NCBI GenBank assembly: GCA_951406725.2
Contig: OX597826.1
Coordinates: 83,700,001-83,764,000, forward strand
Direction: 5' to 3'
DNA length: 64,000 nucleotides
Origin: Octopus vulgaris
Taxonomy: Eukaryota
The translations under genes and the position numbers were made by a program. The stretch's first letter is position 1, and every line of letters starts with the position of its first letter. This document shows positions 25,598-40,599 of this stretch, in pieces. Below the pieces are notes generated by a model. The model searched no databases, had not been told where the DNA came from, and saw nothing but the letters and a program-made list of their open reading frames with translations.

Positions 25598-25826
25598 GTA
25601 AGTGATTGATTATCAATTAGTAAATTATTTGGCATTCTAATATTTATTTATTTATTACGTGTAGGCTTTTTACACCCTGGTTAAGCTATGTTTATGGGGT
25701 GGATTTTGTGTTTTGAAATTTTATTGGGATTTCATGCATAGAGTGTAAATTATGTGTGTGAACAAATTGCTGATAAATATACGGCTGTATTCTAATAGAT
25801 ATTATATACATATTTATATATGTGTG

Positions 25827-25864
<38 letters not shown>

Positions 25865-25953
25865 CATGGATAAAAAAAAAGAGCATGCAGTGACAAATAT
25901 GCTGAAAAACTCTCTGCATATACATACATATGTATATAAGTGTGTGTATGCAT

Positions 25954-25987
<34 letters not shown>

Positions 25988-26556
25988 ATTCACACAGACA
26001 TTAATAGTTGTGTACTTTGACAATTGCTTAGAGTGAAAGCAGCATGTGCGAGTCTGTGTATTGTGTGTACGTATGTATATATATGTATGTATGTGTGTAT
26101 GTATGTATGTATGTATGTATGTATGTATCTATCTATTTGTATGCAAAAATATAAATGCGCGTTCAGATTACATTATATATATATATATATATACATGTAT
26201 GTATGTATGTACGTATGTATATAGTTATGTACATGATAAATAGATAGAATGATAGGTAGACAGAAAGCGATATGTTTGTCTAATGATTGCTAAATAAAAC
26301 ACTAGCTGCGTGGGTATATTATCTGAGTGTGGGTGTGGCTGCAATGTCCAGCAAATAAAGTAAGTGAGGAATGTATAGTCACTAGGGTATATACGCATAC
26401 CCTGGTGTATATCTAGACACAGTTATGGCCAAGTGGTTGTGAAGTCTGCTTCACAATTATGACATCAGGGTTCAATTCCGTTGTTTGACACCCTATAAAA
26501 TGGTCTTTTAGCATAGCTTCAGTTTGATGCCGGCCACGTGAACGAACTTCTGGATC

Positions 26557-26824
26557 CAATGGCTCCTCAACCAAGGTCCACATGACCCTTAAGGGTCCAT
26601 ATAAGAATTTCATTGTTAAAATTTATCTGCAACAGATTAGAGCTGAGACTTTGACAATACACCAAAAATATTTTGACAATTTTTTGATATAATTCCTAAT
26701 AATATTTAATCAAAAAAAATCCAAGAAGATTTTTAAGCATCAAATGGTCATGAAGGTCGATCCAAGTAAAATAGGAATAAAAAGGAGGGGTGGGGCATAG
26801 TGAGAAAATGGTTGAGAACCACTG
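26557..26824 (+). mobile_element. hAT (Charlie-type) MITE, diverged
   Basis: Ends GGTTGAGAACCACTG; starts CAATGGCTCCTCAACC; the internal GGGTCCATATAAGA is shared with 62233-62507. Confidence 0.7.
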
Positions 26825-27009
26825 GGGGTAGACTGCTTATCACTGGAAAGGCAAACTGTCATGAAATGTTCTGTGGTTGCATTGGAATGCTCAACCATTT
26901 CCACTCAATATGCGGAGAGAGTTCCGTTGATCAAACAAGTGGAATGTTTTACTGTCCACACCAACAAAGATTTGTTATGTCATAAAAGAAAATCTTTTTT
27001 AAAACTGTA

Positions 27010-28312
<1,303 letters not shown>

Positions 28313-28399
28313 ATTATACACACATACAAACAAGTGTATATGGTGTGTCTTTAATCGTTTGCCATTCAAATCACTCAGTCAAGTTTGATGTTTATTCAT

Positions 28400-28542
28400 T
28401 CCCATTATGAATTAGTCATGAGTCATCTTGGAGCTTTGAGATTTTGAACAACATTGCAGGATAAGTGTAAGAAGCCAGATATGGTTGGTTTCGACAGAAA
28501 GCAGTTTGCATATTGGAGCCGGTTTGAATGCTAAAGGGTTAA
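28400..28542 (+). mobile_element. Right end of a putative piggyBac-type MITE
   Basis: GCCGGTTTGAATGCTAAAGGG followed by TTAA; related to 22930-23110. Confidence 0.5.
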
Positions 28543-28914
28543 TGACAATCACATCACAATCCATTTCCATATAAAACAAATGTGTGTGTGTGTGTGTACA
28601 CGTGTGTGTACATGTGTGTGTACACGTGTGTGTACGTTGATGTATTTGTAAATGCAATTAATATCTGTTTTCCAGGTTGGCATGGGTTAGAGAGGGGGGG
28701 TGGTTGTGTTGTTCTTCCTGTCAACTGGACTTGTTTTTCTACTAATATATATACAAACATTACATATACATACAATATACACAAAGTTTTATGTATATGA
28801 CACACACACACACACATTTATGTAGGTGTATATGGATGTTTCCATGGAAACATGAAAATAAGAGTCCGTCTTGTGAGTGTGTGTCTGTATATTTATTCAA
28901 AAGAAGATGCATAG

Positions 28915-29004
<90 letters not shown>

Positions 29005-29544
29005 TGTAGGTATGATTGGATGCACCTGACACAACAACTAAACAATTATATATATAAACATGCATGCACACGCACACACATGTATACATGTATGTATGAA
29101 TGTATGTGTGGCTAAGAATTGGTTTCAGGTTCAGTCCCACCGTGTGACATCTTGGGCAAGAATCTCCCACTATAACCTTGGGCTGACCAAACACTTGTGA
29201 GTGGATTTGGCTGATAGAAATTAGAGAAAGCCTCAGACGTGTGTGTGTTAGAGTCTGTATGCTTTAACATCCTGTAGTAGCTGTAAATGAGTGTCACCGT
29301 CACACAAGTGATATTTCCAATCTTCTGTAAAAACATGTCTGGTCTTAGGGAAATATTATTTTTGCTTGCAATCAAGAAGGTTGGCAACAGAAAGGGGATC
29401 CAGGCATGGAAAATCTGGCTGGATCAATTCTGTAACACTTATGGGAGCATAGAAAAGAAGAAACACTAAAAACAATAGTGATGATGATGTTGATATCCAT
29501 CCATCCATCTGTCTGTCTGTCTGTCTCCCCCCCCCTCCAGGAAA

Positions 29545-29892
29545 TGACAAGGGACCAAAAGATGTGGCGATTTGCTGTACTTGATAAGACACGTCAAGCT
29601 TAGTAAAATCGCTGCCTTCCCCACGAGCAGGCTTCTCCTTTCAGGTACCGGTGCCACTTAGAATGCACCTGTGCTGCTGCTGCTGTCTTGATGCACCTGT
29701 GCCAGTGGCATGCAAAAAGCAGCCAGTACACTCTGTAGTGTGGTTGGCATTAGGAAGGGCATCCACCCATAGAAACCATGCCATGACAAACAGTTGCAGT
29801 CTAGACTGCTGACCCCTGCCTGGCCAGCTCCATGTCAAACTGTCCAACACATGCTAGCATGGAAAACAGACGGACATTCAATGATGATGATA
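29545..29892 (+). mobile_element. RTE-type LINE 3' end, diverged subfamily
   Basis: GGTTGGCATTAGGAAGGGCATCCA and TGCTAGCATGGAAAACAGACG, then a GAT tail. Confidence 0.8.
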
Positions 29893-30144
29893 TATCATAC
29901 ATATCTACTCAAACACACACACTGGGCTTCTTTCATTTTCCATCTGCCAAATCCACTCCATGTGCTTTAGCCAGCCCAGTGTTGATAGCAGGAGACATTT
30001 GCCCATGGTATATACACAGTGGGACTGAACCCAAAACACATGTATGTATACATATGCATATACACACAGACACACATGCGTCTGTGTTTACATTCTCATT
30101 TAGTCCACAGGGAGGCTTTGAAATATCATAATATGTGATATTAT

Positions 30145-30167
30145 GGTGGTGATGGGGGAACAAACAA

Positions 30168-30202
<35 letters not shown>

Positions 30203-30358
30203 ATGGGCTTCCTTCAGTTTCCATCTCCCAAATCAACTCACAAGGCTTTGGTCGGCCTGAGGCTATAGTAGAAGACACATGCACAAGATGTCATGCAGTG
30301 GGACTGAACCTGGAGTCATGTGGTTGGGAAGCAAGCTTCTTGCCACACAGCCACTCCT
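30145..30358 (-). mobile_element. SINE family B (head plus microsatellite)
   Basis: Reverse complement of GGAGTGGCTGTGTGGCAAGAAGCTTGCTTCCCAACC. Confidence 0.85.
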
Positions 30359-30516
30359 GTGTATGTGTGTGTGTGTGTGTCTGTATGTATGTATATGTGT
30401 GTATGTATATAAATATATATATACATGTGTGTGTGTGTATATGTATATAAATATGTGTGTGTATATGCTTATATATGTATACATATATGTATGTGTGTGT
30501 GTATATATATATATGT

Positions 30517-30556
<40 letters not shown>

Positions 30557-30558
30557 CC

Positions 30559-31394
30559 TCATCATCGTTTAACGTCTGCTTTCCATGCTAGCATGAGTTG
30601 GACGAATGACTGAGGGCTGGCGAACCAGATGGCTGTACCAGGCTTCAATCTTGATCTGGCAGAGTTTCTACAGCTGGATGCCATTCCTAACGCCAAACAC
30701 TCTGAGAGTGTAGTGGGTGCTTTTACATGCCACCAGCATGGGGCCAGTCAGGCAGTACTGGCAGCGACCTCGCTGGAATCTTTTACACATTCCACCAGAA
30801 CAGGTGCTCTTTAAGGCGATGCTGGAGGCGATGCTGGTAACGATCACGCTCGAATGGTGCCTTTTAGGTCCCACTGGCATGAAAGCCGGTTGGCCGCTCT
30901 GTCAATGATCACACTCGTATGGTGCTCTTTGCACCCTGCTAGCACAGACGCCAGTCATCGAATTTGATTTTGATTTTGATTTTTTATTTCACTTGCCCCA
31001 ACAGGTTTTCGCAAGCAGAGTTTTAGTGTCCAAAGAAGTAAAAGGTACTCATAAGTGGGCTGGTAACGCCCCTGGCATAGGCCACGAGATTATGGTCTCA
31101 TTTGGCTTGCCAGGTCTTCTCAAGCACAGCATATTTCCAAAAGTCTCAGTCGCTAGTCATTTCCTTGGTGAGGCCTAATGTTCGAAGGTTGTGCTTCACC
31201 ACTTCATCCCAGGTCTTCCTGGGTCTACCTCTCCCACAGGCTCCAGCAACCATAAGGGTGTGGCACTTTTTCACACAGCTGTCCTCATCCATTCTCACCA
31301 CATGACCATACCAGCGCAATCGTCTCTCTTGCACACCACATCTGATGCTTCTTAGGTCCAACATTTCTCTCAAGGTACTTACACTCTGTCGAGT
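30559..31394 (-). mobile_element. RTE LINE 3' portion
   Basis: Minus-strand RRLRWYGHVVRMDEDSCVKKC...GRGRPRKTWDEVVKH; 3' UTR repeats; tail TCATCATCGTTTAACGTC; TA microsatellite on both flanks. Confidence 0.93.
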
Positions 31395-31414
31395 ATATAT
31401 ATATATATACATAT

Positions 31415-31464
<50 letters not shown>

Positions 31465-33269
31465 AAGGTAATGTTTTGCATATGCATGTACTTGGAAATG
31501 TAAAAACAAGTGGTGTAGAATGAATGAGAAATGTTGCGGAGAGAGAGAGAGAGGGAGAGGACAGCTTTTAATTTCTGTTTATCTAGCTTGTTCTGATGTC
31601 TCCACTTTTTGACGCTGGTTGAGTTCTGCCACAAAGTGAAAATGGTTTTGAGTTCCATTTGTATAGATTATTCCATAGCCAATGCCAGGCTGAGAAGTGT
31701 TGCTCTCTCTCCCTTTCAATGGTGCAATTAATTTGGGAAAATGGTAACAATCAAAACTTTGTTGGATTGCATGTGTGTATGATGCAAGTAAGTCTACATG
31801 GTGTGTGCATGTGGGTTGCGATAGCATGTGCACTTTCATACAAGTGAGTCTGTAAAATGTGAATGAGCAATGATGTACATATGTTTCAGTTTACACATCA
31901 TACATATACATACATGTACATACATATACATACATATACATACATATACATACATATACATACGTGTACGATTTACATTCTCAGCTACTATGCGTTCTTT
32001 AAAGAAAAGTGAGCCAGTTTGTAAAGTTGATGATTTTGTAATGAGGTTTGGCTCACATTTGTTTTCTGTGAGTTGAAGGTGCTCTTTGCCAGGGTTGATC
32101 CGGAATGTTTCATAATTACAGTATCTGAGTTAATCCTTGACAATGGATTTTCTGTCCTTGCTAACAGGTTTGTGATTGTTCCAACTGAAGTAAACAAATA
32201 AAGCAGACAAAAGGTGTTGTTTTTGGTATCATGTTGTCTGTCAGAAAACTTAGCTTTAAAAGGTGAAAAGCAGAGAGTGGGGAGCCATACAGTGTGGGGT
32301 GGGGGTTATGGTGTTCCGTGGTTGTTTGATAAGCTGAGTTATTATTGAGGTTGTAGTAAGTTAAACCAGCTAATTCAAAAAGATATCATAGCAGTTATCA
32401 GATAAAGGCCATTTGATCAAGATCACCAATAGAGATGTGAGAGGCAACAATAAAGTGGACTTGTTTGTGAATTCTCATTTAGTTCCTCCTATCTGTCATG
32501 AGAAGGTAGAAGGAAAAAAAAACACTTACAATGTTTGCAATGTTCTTAAACAACACATGTTTATTCCGAAATATTTATAAAGAAGAACTTTCTCTGAAAT
32601 AAAAACTCATGCAAAGAAACATAAAAATTTTTAATTGCACATAAAAGCTACTTTGGAATTAACATGTAGCATTCCACATATGAATTGCAATAAATTTTAT
32701 ATGCTTGTGAAGAAAAAAACAAGTTGTTAATTTTTTTTTTTTTTTGACGGGGGAGGGGGTCATAAATATTGCTGAATATTTAGGAACTGGAAATCAACAT
32801 TTGTGGTCTGTAAAGTAACAGAACCGAAAACAGAGCAAACTGAATGTTTTGTTCTGTTGAAATATATTTTGTATTTAAGACAGACAGAAGCCAGAGCAGA
32901 CAATGACTAATTCTACCGTTTCTTTGCTTTGGTTGAGTTGCTGACAAGAGATAAAGTCTTTTAGATGAAGGGTTCTCACCCGTTTTTTTATTTTTGCCTT
33001 TGGGCCCTGTTGATTCTTATTTTGCTTTCCTGGACCTCCAAAGCCAGTCAATGTAAAAAAAAACAACATATTTTTATAATTAATTATTATAAGAAACAGT
33101 GAAGAAAAAAGTTATTAAAATATTTTTGTGTTGCAATTTATTGCCCATAAATATTAACAACAAAATCTTGAACGGCCCCTCAAGGGTCATGTAGATCTTG
33201 TTTGAGAATCACGACTATCCAAGGAAGAGAAAGTCTATTTGGAGATGACCTTTCTCTACCTTGCCACAG

Positions 33270-33339
33270 TTCCGTCACAGTCTAGCTACAGAGTTTAATG
33301 ATGCCAGAGTGCCATGTATTGGGATGCTGGGCGTGGATG
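33270..33339 (+). other. Candidate 70-nt internal exon
   Basis: Acceptor CTTTCTCTACCTTGCCACAG| and donor GATG|GTGAGT; open in phase 0 as FRHSLATEFNDARVPCIGMLGVD. No homology recognised. Confidence 0.4.
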
Positions 33340-33491
33340 GTGAGTGCTGCCAGTGACAGTCTGTGATTGTTTTATTTGCTATCAAATTATTCACAGCTAA
33401 CCTCTGTAACTGCCTCGAACCAATTCTACTGTTCACCACTTGCAAACATATGAAGGGACGTGTGTGAATGTGTGTGTGTGAGTGTGTGTGA

Positions 33492-33545
<54 letters not shown>

Positions 33546-33907
33546 AAATAGACATATATGTCTATATGTGCGTGACTAAGTCTAAAGATGTGGCAGTCAG
33601 TCTCAAGTTATAGATGGCTGGCTACAGCAATATATTACATAATAACATTTGCTTATGCGTGTGCATGTGTATGTGTGTATACAAACATGCATGCGTACAT
33701 ACACACACACATGTATACGGGGTGGGGGCAGCTTTACCCTAGCACACTTGGTACTCTTGTATATGCACATGCACGCATAATCTGAAACGTAAATTGATAT
33801 CAAGCTGTAAAGTTATATGTGTGTTTGTGTGTTTATATGAGAACATATACACGAGCCTGGGTGTATGTGTGTGTGTGTGTGTGTGTGTATGTGTGTGTGT
33901 GTGTATT

Positions 33908-33944
<37 letters not shown>

Positions 33945-34131
33945 ACACACACACATGCATTTATAACAAAATCCAAATTCTTACTTATGAGAGAGAATGT
34001 GTTTTGATGTATAAATAAATGTGAAGAGTACGCAACAATATTCATGCAATAAATATATTTTTCTCTCTTTCTCTCTCTCCATACACATACTACACATATT
34101 TATACATACATACACACATGCACACGCACAA

Positions 34132-34167
<36 letters not shown>

Positions 34168-34325
34168 GTATATATATATATATTCAACTGGCTGGAACCA
34201 AATCTGGTTGAAACTGAGTTTCAACCAATTTTTGTTCCAGATGACCAAATTATATATACATATGTACATACATCTATGCATAGATATATATATATGTATA
34301 TACATACATACATGCATACACACAC

Positions 34326-34420
<95 letters not shown>

Positions 34421-34708
34421 GATGAATATATATATATATTCTCTATATTAAAAAAAAATGTTCAATAGTGTGTGACGTATCAGTTCTACATGTTTTGATC
34501 ATTTGCTAAAAAATTCAGACCTACTTTAGCCTGTGTATGTTTACTCTCTCTCTTTCTCTCTCTCTCTCTCTTTCACACACACACACACACACACACGTTA
34601 TGTATGTGTGTATTTGTAAATATGGTACCAGCAGACATCAAAGAAAACACCAACCAAAACTGTAGAAAGAAAACCGATATTAATATTTCAATTTCCTCAT
34701 CCTCCCCC

Positions 34709-34767
<59 letters not shown>

Positions 34768-36257
34768 TTCATCAGTTCTATAGCCATTTCAAATCTATAA
34801 GGTACCTGTGGAACTATATGCTAAATAAAGTAGCCTGTTACCTTTGAAACCACAGTCTGTTTATTGTCTTTAAAAATGGCAATGTTGGACAAAGCAGTTC
34901 TGAGTTCTCTGTTCAGTGGCAGAGGAAAGAAAGGTTACATCTGGAATACTTTTGACCACTGGTCAGCATTTACATTCAAACAAAGACTCAATAACATTCC
35001 GATTTCCATTCTGTATTCATTCATTTTTTAATCTTTTTTTCTGTTCTTTGAGAATTGGTCCCTTGTCTCCTTCAATGCAAATTATCACACAATATGATGG
35101 GCCCCAGGAGCTCCCACCAAAGACTTGACCTTCATGGAGTGCCTATCGAGAGCAAGAAAGCCTGCAAAAGCCCATGATAAATGTAAGTTGCAAGAATATG
35201 TTGGAGGGGTCTTCAGACTTGTTGGCATCAAGTCCTAGCAAGGGGTGTCATAGTCATTGGCAAGTGTGTGTGTGTGTATTTATATAGGGATCCTATGATT
35301 CAGCTTTTGTCTTTACCCCCAGAACATAATATAATTTTTGATTTTCCATTCCTATATTCTGCTGTGTTTTCAGAAAAGTTCAACTTACAAGAAATTAAAC
35401 TCTAAGGCCATGTGAACTGGATATTGAACAACAAACCAATAGGTTGTGAGTTCAAATCTCCAACTATGAATTTATTGTTTCCAGCCCTTAACAGTCCCTT
35501 TGCATTTTAAGAAGTACCTCATGAAGACACTCAGGAAAAGTGTGTCCCCTTACAACAGTGAACCTTCCCATAACTCTAATCACATTTACTTCTCTGTAAC
35601 TGGTTGCCTGGCAACACTTCCATGCTAGAAATAACACCTAAGTTTCACATCATAATACTTATCTGTGACATGTTGCAATATAGACAGAGAGGAAGTTCCA
35701 GTCGGATGCAGTTGAAGAAACAAAGGATTGGGTAACGAAATAATAAGAGCAGGGATGATTGACAAGTATGTCAAGTGGGCCTGAAAGCAGGTGTTAGGCT
35801 AGGGTTAGGGGATTGGAGTGACATGTAGCCACCTAATTCCCAGGGGCAAAGACTGTTTGTGGGGCTGTTGTAATGAGAAGAAACATCTGTAAACCAAGTG
35901 GATGTAGAATGTTTGATAATGAATAAATCTTTACTCAGGGCCTGACATGCATTTTAGGGGCTGACAGCATTTCTGTCCCCTGTTTACTAATGCCCTTGTG
36001 AACAGTTTAACAGCCACAAATACCTTGTTTTCAAGATTTGTGTCAATAAAATATTTCACTATAAATTATTTGTGTGTAATATCCATTTTTCCCAGAATTT
36101 TAAATCTGAAAATTAGTGGGGCACATTATACAAAACAAATGATATGCTACCCTTCTTTTAGTTTTCCTGTTTCCCTTGTGAAGGGCCATATTTTGGGACA
36201 ACATAATCACAAGTAATAAGTGATATCTTTTGTCCAGGAATAATGATGTGTGAGTGC

Positions 36258-36292
<35 letters not shown>

Positions 36293-36649
36293 TGTATGTA
36301 TGTATGTATGTATGTATGTATGTATGTATGTATGTATGTATTGCCAGTGCTGCCTGACTGGCCCCTGAGTCATTCCATCTGTTGAACATCCATTCAAGCA
36401 ATTCCTAATGGATAATCCCTTCCCAGTCCCACCATACAGTCAAAGCAGCACTGGCATTCAGACAGGCATTCAGCAGCAGGGCCTCCCTAATGCTATGATG
36501 GACCTTGAAGTCTGGCATAGCATAGTAAATTCCATTGTCTCGACCACTGATGATGATTATACAGGGGGAGGGGAGTAAATGTCCTAGACTCATATATACC
36601 ATCATCATCATTTAACATCCGTTGTCCATGCTGGCACATATACGAATAT

Positions 36650-36808
36650 TTATGACAAGCTTCTTTCAGTTTCCATTTACAAAATTCACTAGCAAAGCTT
36701 TGGTCAACCCAAGGTTATAATAGAAAGCACGCAAGGTGCCATGCAGTGGGACTGAACCTGGAACCATGTGATTAGGAAGCAAACTGCTTAACTATACAGC
36801 CATGCCTG
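36650..36808 (-). mobile_element. SINE family B head
   Basis: CTTCTTTCAGTTTCC...AAGGTGCCATGCAGTGGGACTGAACC...CAGCCATGCCTG. Confidence 0.85.
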
Positions 36809-37698
36809 TGTATTTCATCCTGTTATTGCCATTGGTTCTCATAATAGAAGATACATGCTTCAGGCCACTAGGCTGACAAACAGATTACATTCTTAATTCA
36901 TGGTTGGGTGTTTTAGAATAAGAAAGGGTTTTTTACTGAAACTATCATCATATTCATTTCTAACAAGAACAAGAACACCATGTCTGCCAAAACCATCACT
37001 ACCATCATTGGAATCACTTTTACATCTGATTGCTACTTTCCTTATTAACAGCAACAACCTCCCCACCCCCACCCCCACCACTCCTTAGATTCGTCCCAGC
37101 ATGTCTGAGTTGTAGGGTTCTTGGATTGGCAGGCAGAAAGCATGGAAGAACTGCAACAACAGGCTTGTACTCTCTCACCGCTACAAAACTGCTGCCACGT
37201 CTGGCTGTTCGGCCAATCACCAACCAGTTACCATTGGAAGGCTCAAAGTTGACCTGGTACCACAAGATTACCACAATGGCAACAACAACAGGAACAACAT
37301 GCAAAACCCTAATTTGTGAGATTATTTTAACAGGGAACAATGAAATGTCTTGGATAAATTATTGCCTTTATCATTATCATCATCGTCGTCGTCGTCGTCA
37401 TCGTCCCCGTCATCATTTTTACATCCATTCCTCAGTGTGGCATGGTTTGCAAATATTTTCAACTGGGAATTGAAATCAGAACTGTAGTTTGACTTCCAGA
37501 TGCCTTGCTTTTAGTATTGATGTTTTGGTTTATTCATAGAGGACTGAAGAAACAGAAATGGTAACGGTACCAGGCTGAAGAGCTTGCTCTCTTTTAGTTT
37601 CATGCCTCACTCAACTGGGTTCAATTCTTGCCAGGATTAAATTTGCTTTTTCATTCTTACAAATTTGTTGAAATAAGTACCAGTAATATACTGCAACA

Positions 37699-38005
37699 TG
37701 GAGGCACGTGACCTGGTGGTTAGAACAGCAGACTCACGGTCAAGGGATCATGGATTTGAATCTTAGACTGGGTGATGTGTTTGTTTATAAGCAAAACACC
37801 TAAGTTCCATGCGGCTCCAGCAGAAAGTAATGGCAAACTTCTGCTGACTCTTTCAACACAACTTTCTCTCACACTTTCCTCCTGCATCTAGCAGCTCACC
37901 TGTGATGGACCAGCATCCTATCCAGGTGGGGAAGCTATACGCCAATGAAACTGTGAAACCGGCCCTTATGAGCCAGACATGGCTCAAGAAGGAACAAACA
38001 ATAAC
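37699..38005 (+). mobile_element. tRNA-derived SINE, family C, full length with a 14-bp TSD
   Basis: Perfect TSD AATATACTGCAACA at 37685-37698 and 38006-38019; tRNA-like head TGGAGGCACGTGACCTGGTGGTTAGA...GATTTGAATC; internal CCTGTGATGGACCAGCATCCTATCCAGG; AAC-rich tail; inserted in a family A SINE. Confidence 0.9.
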
Positions 38006-39051
38006 AATATACTGCAACAGTCTGACCCATACAAACATTCAAAAGTGAATGTTAAAAGATGATGATGATATTGGTGATGATGATGACGACGATGATGATG
38101 ACAACGATGACGATAATTGCTCAGTGAAACCTATTTTTTTCTTTTTATATATAAAAAAATAACACTGAGTCACATTAAATAAAATTAGGCAAAACAATTC
38201 AGAATTGTTGTGCAAAGAGGAAGAAGACGAATGGGATTAGGGGGATTAGGGGCCTTGGATGCTGGGATGCCAAAAGGTTTCAATGAACCTGCTCTTCAAT
38301 TACAACAACTACTACTACTACTATGCCACTGCCAACGGTGATGACAACCATGAAGATTACTGTTTCTGCAAGTAGCATCGTCCCCTTAAGGGTCAGCCAC
38401 ATTTAGGTGGCAAATATACTTCACAATGTCGTGCTGCTACTGTTTACATCTCGCTCAGAGATTTATTATTGTTTCTTCTGGACCACCAACAAAAAAATAG
38501 ACCTGATCTGATCCGGTTGGTAGAAATAATACAATGATAATAATAAAAATAATCTTTTCTGCTAGAGGCACGAGACCTGAAGTTCTGGAGGAGGGGACCA
38601 GTCGTGTTAATGATTTCCCCAGTTTGCTGTCCTAATAATAATAACGACAATAATAATAATAATAATAATTACACAGTGCACAATTTGTGAACGCAGGTTT
38701 GGACTGAAGGTAGAATTCAGACTCTAACGTATTATAATTTATAGCAACAATCAAAGTACAAATTATATTGAAATATTTGTAAAAATGTATGTTCATAAGT
38801 CAATTAGAAACTTTGTGTTGTAGAAAAACGTGTTATAAAAAATGCCTGTGCACACGCACAAATATATTTGGTCACTTGACCATAGGTCAGAAAAAAAGCA
38901 CATTCTAAAAGAGAATTTGAGACGTTTGACTTTTATATTGTTGAGTAGTGTATTCCTGGTTATGGCATTGACTGGTCAAAAAAAGTTATTATGGGTTTCC
39001 TGTCTACTGTTGCACTTAGCAAGACAGAATGGAAGTGATCACATACATATA

Positions 39052-39095
<44 letters not shown>

Positions 39096-39877
39096 TATGT
39101 ATTTGTGTGTGGTTGGGGGTGTTGAGTGCATACATTTTCCATATCGTTTTTCTACAACACAAAGTTATGTAATTGACCTATGTACATTTTTACAAACAAA
39201 TTGATGCAATGTGTACCTTGATTAATGATGTAAATTACTTCTCCATCTCTGTCTCTCTCTCTCTCACTCTTGCTCTTTCTATATATATTTGTGTTTTACA
39301 ATATAAAGTCAATTGAATTATGAATTAAGTGCTGCTGAAAATTTTACAGAAATTGTAGCTACTACTCTAACTCATGCCAGCATGGGAGCAGGATTCTAAA
39401 TAATAATAATGGAGATGATATATCCATGTTTATATGTTAAAATGTTTACCAACAGATAATGCTTAACTGCAAAAGAAATTTTCTTTTGAAATTATTCTGG
39501 CAAGGCAGAGGTAAATAGTTAAATGTAGCAAGGAGTGGAGGAAAACAGATTAGCCATGACTGGATGTGACAGGAAACTGAGAGAGAGAGAGAGAGAGAGA
39601 TTAAGTGTTCAATTTAAAAAGCTCCAGAATGGTCTCCAGTCTTTGATTGGTTCATGCAATACACAAGGAGACTATGACAAAACTGAAATATTTTCATAAA
39701 GACATCATGAATGCCAAATAGAATGTAGCAATGTTCCTTTACTTTTGTGAGTTCAAATCCTTTTGGGATTTACTTAAAGAACTTGATAATCCTTATTATA
39801 GCAACTCTATGTCTCTTTAATCTTCTGTGGTCAATAAATTAAATATTACTGATTGACTGAAATCTATTTAACCAACA

Positions 39878-40019
<142 letters not shown>

Positions 40020-40599
40020 TTGAAGCAGTGTGACCAAAGCCTTCCCAAATCCTAAACTTTGAAATGTCTTTGATCTTGGGTTCAAGATGAATTTGCAACT
40101 AAACATCAACAACAAAATCAATAAGGTGAACACCCCCACCAGCATCTCCTCCACCATCATCTCCTCCACCAAAACCATTGCAATAGATATCACTACCATC
40201 ACCACCAACCCAACAAATTTGAATTAACTGGCAACAACAATGGTAATAGCATGAGAGTAATATCTGTAGCTACATATGTTGTATGACAGCTCAACATAGT
40301 GCATGTATGTAACTGTGTATGTGTGTGTGTGTGTGTGTGTGAGTAGAGTGTGGTGGAGGTTTTTGGGCTGAAGTCAGAGATGTATGGAGCAAAGTGCCCA
40401 TACATCTCTGATAACCTTTAAACTAACTGTAACCACACAGAACTTCCTCCCACTTCACCTCTTCCATATTCTCATTCTCTCATTCTCATCCATAGGAATA
40501 AGACAACAATCTTTTACTCTCACAAAATTCTTATTTCTTGTTGTGTGTGTTTTTTTTTTTTATTGCATATTTCTTGTGTTTGTTGCTGCTTTGGACTTG

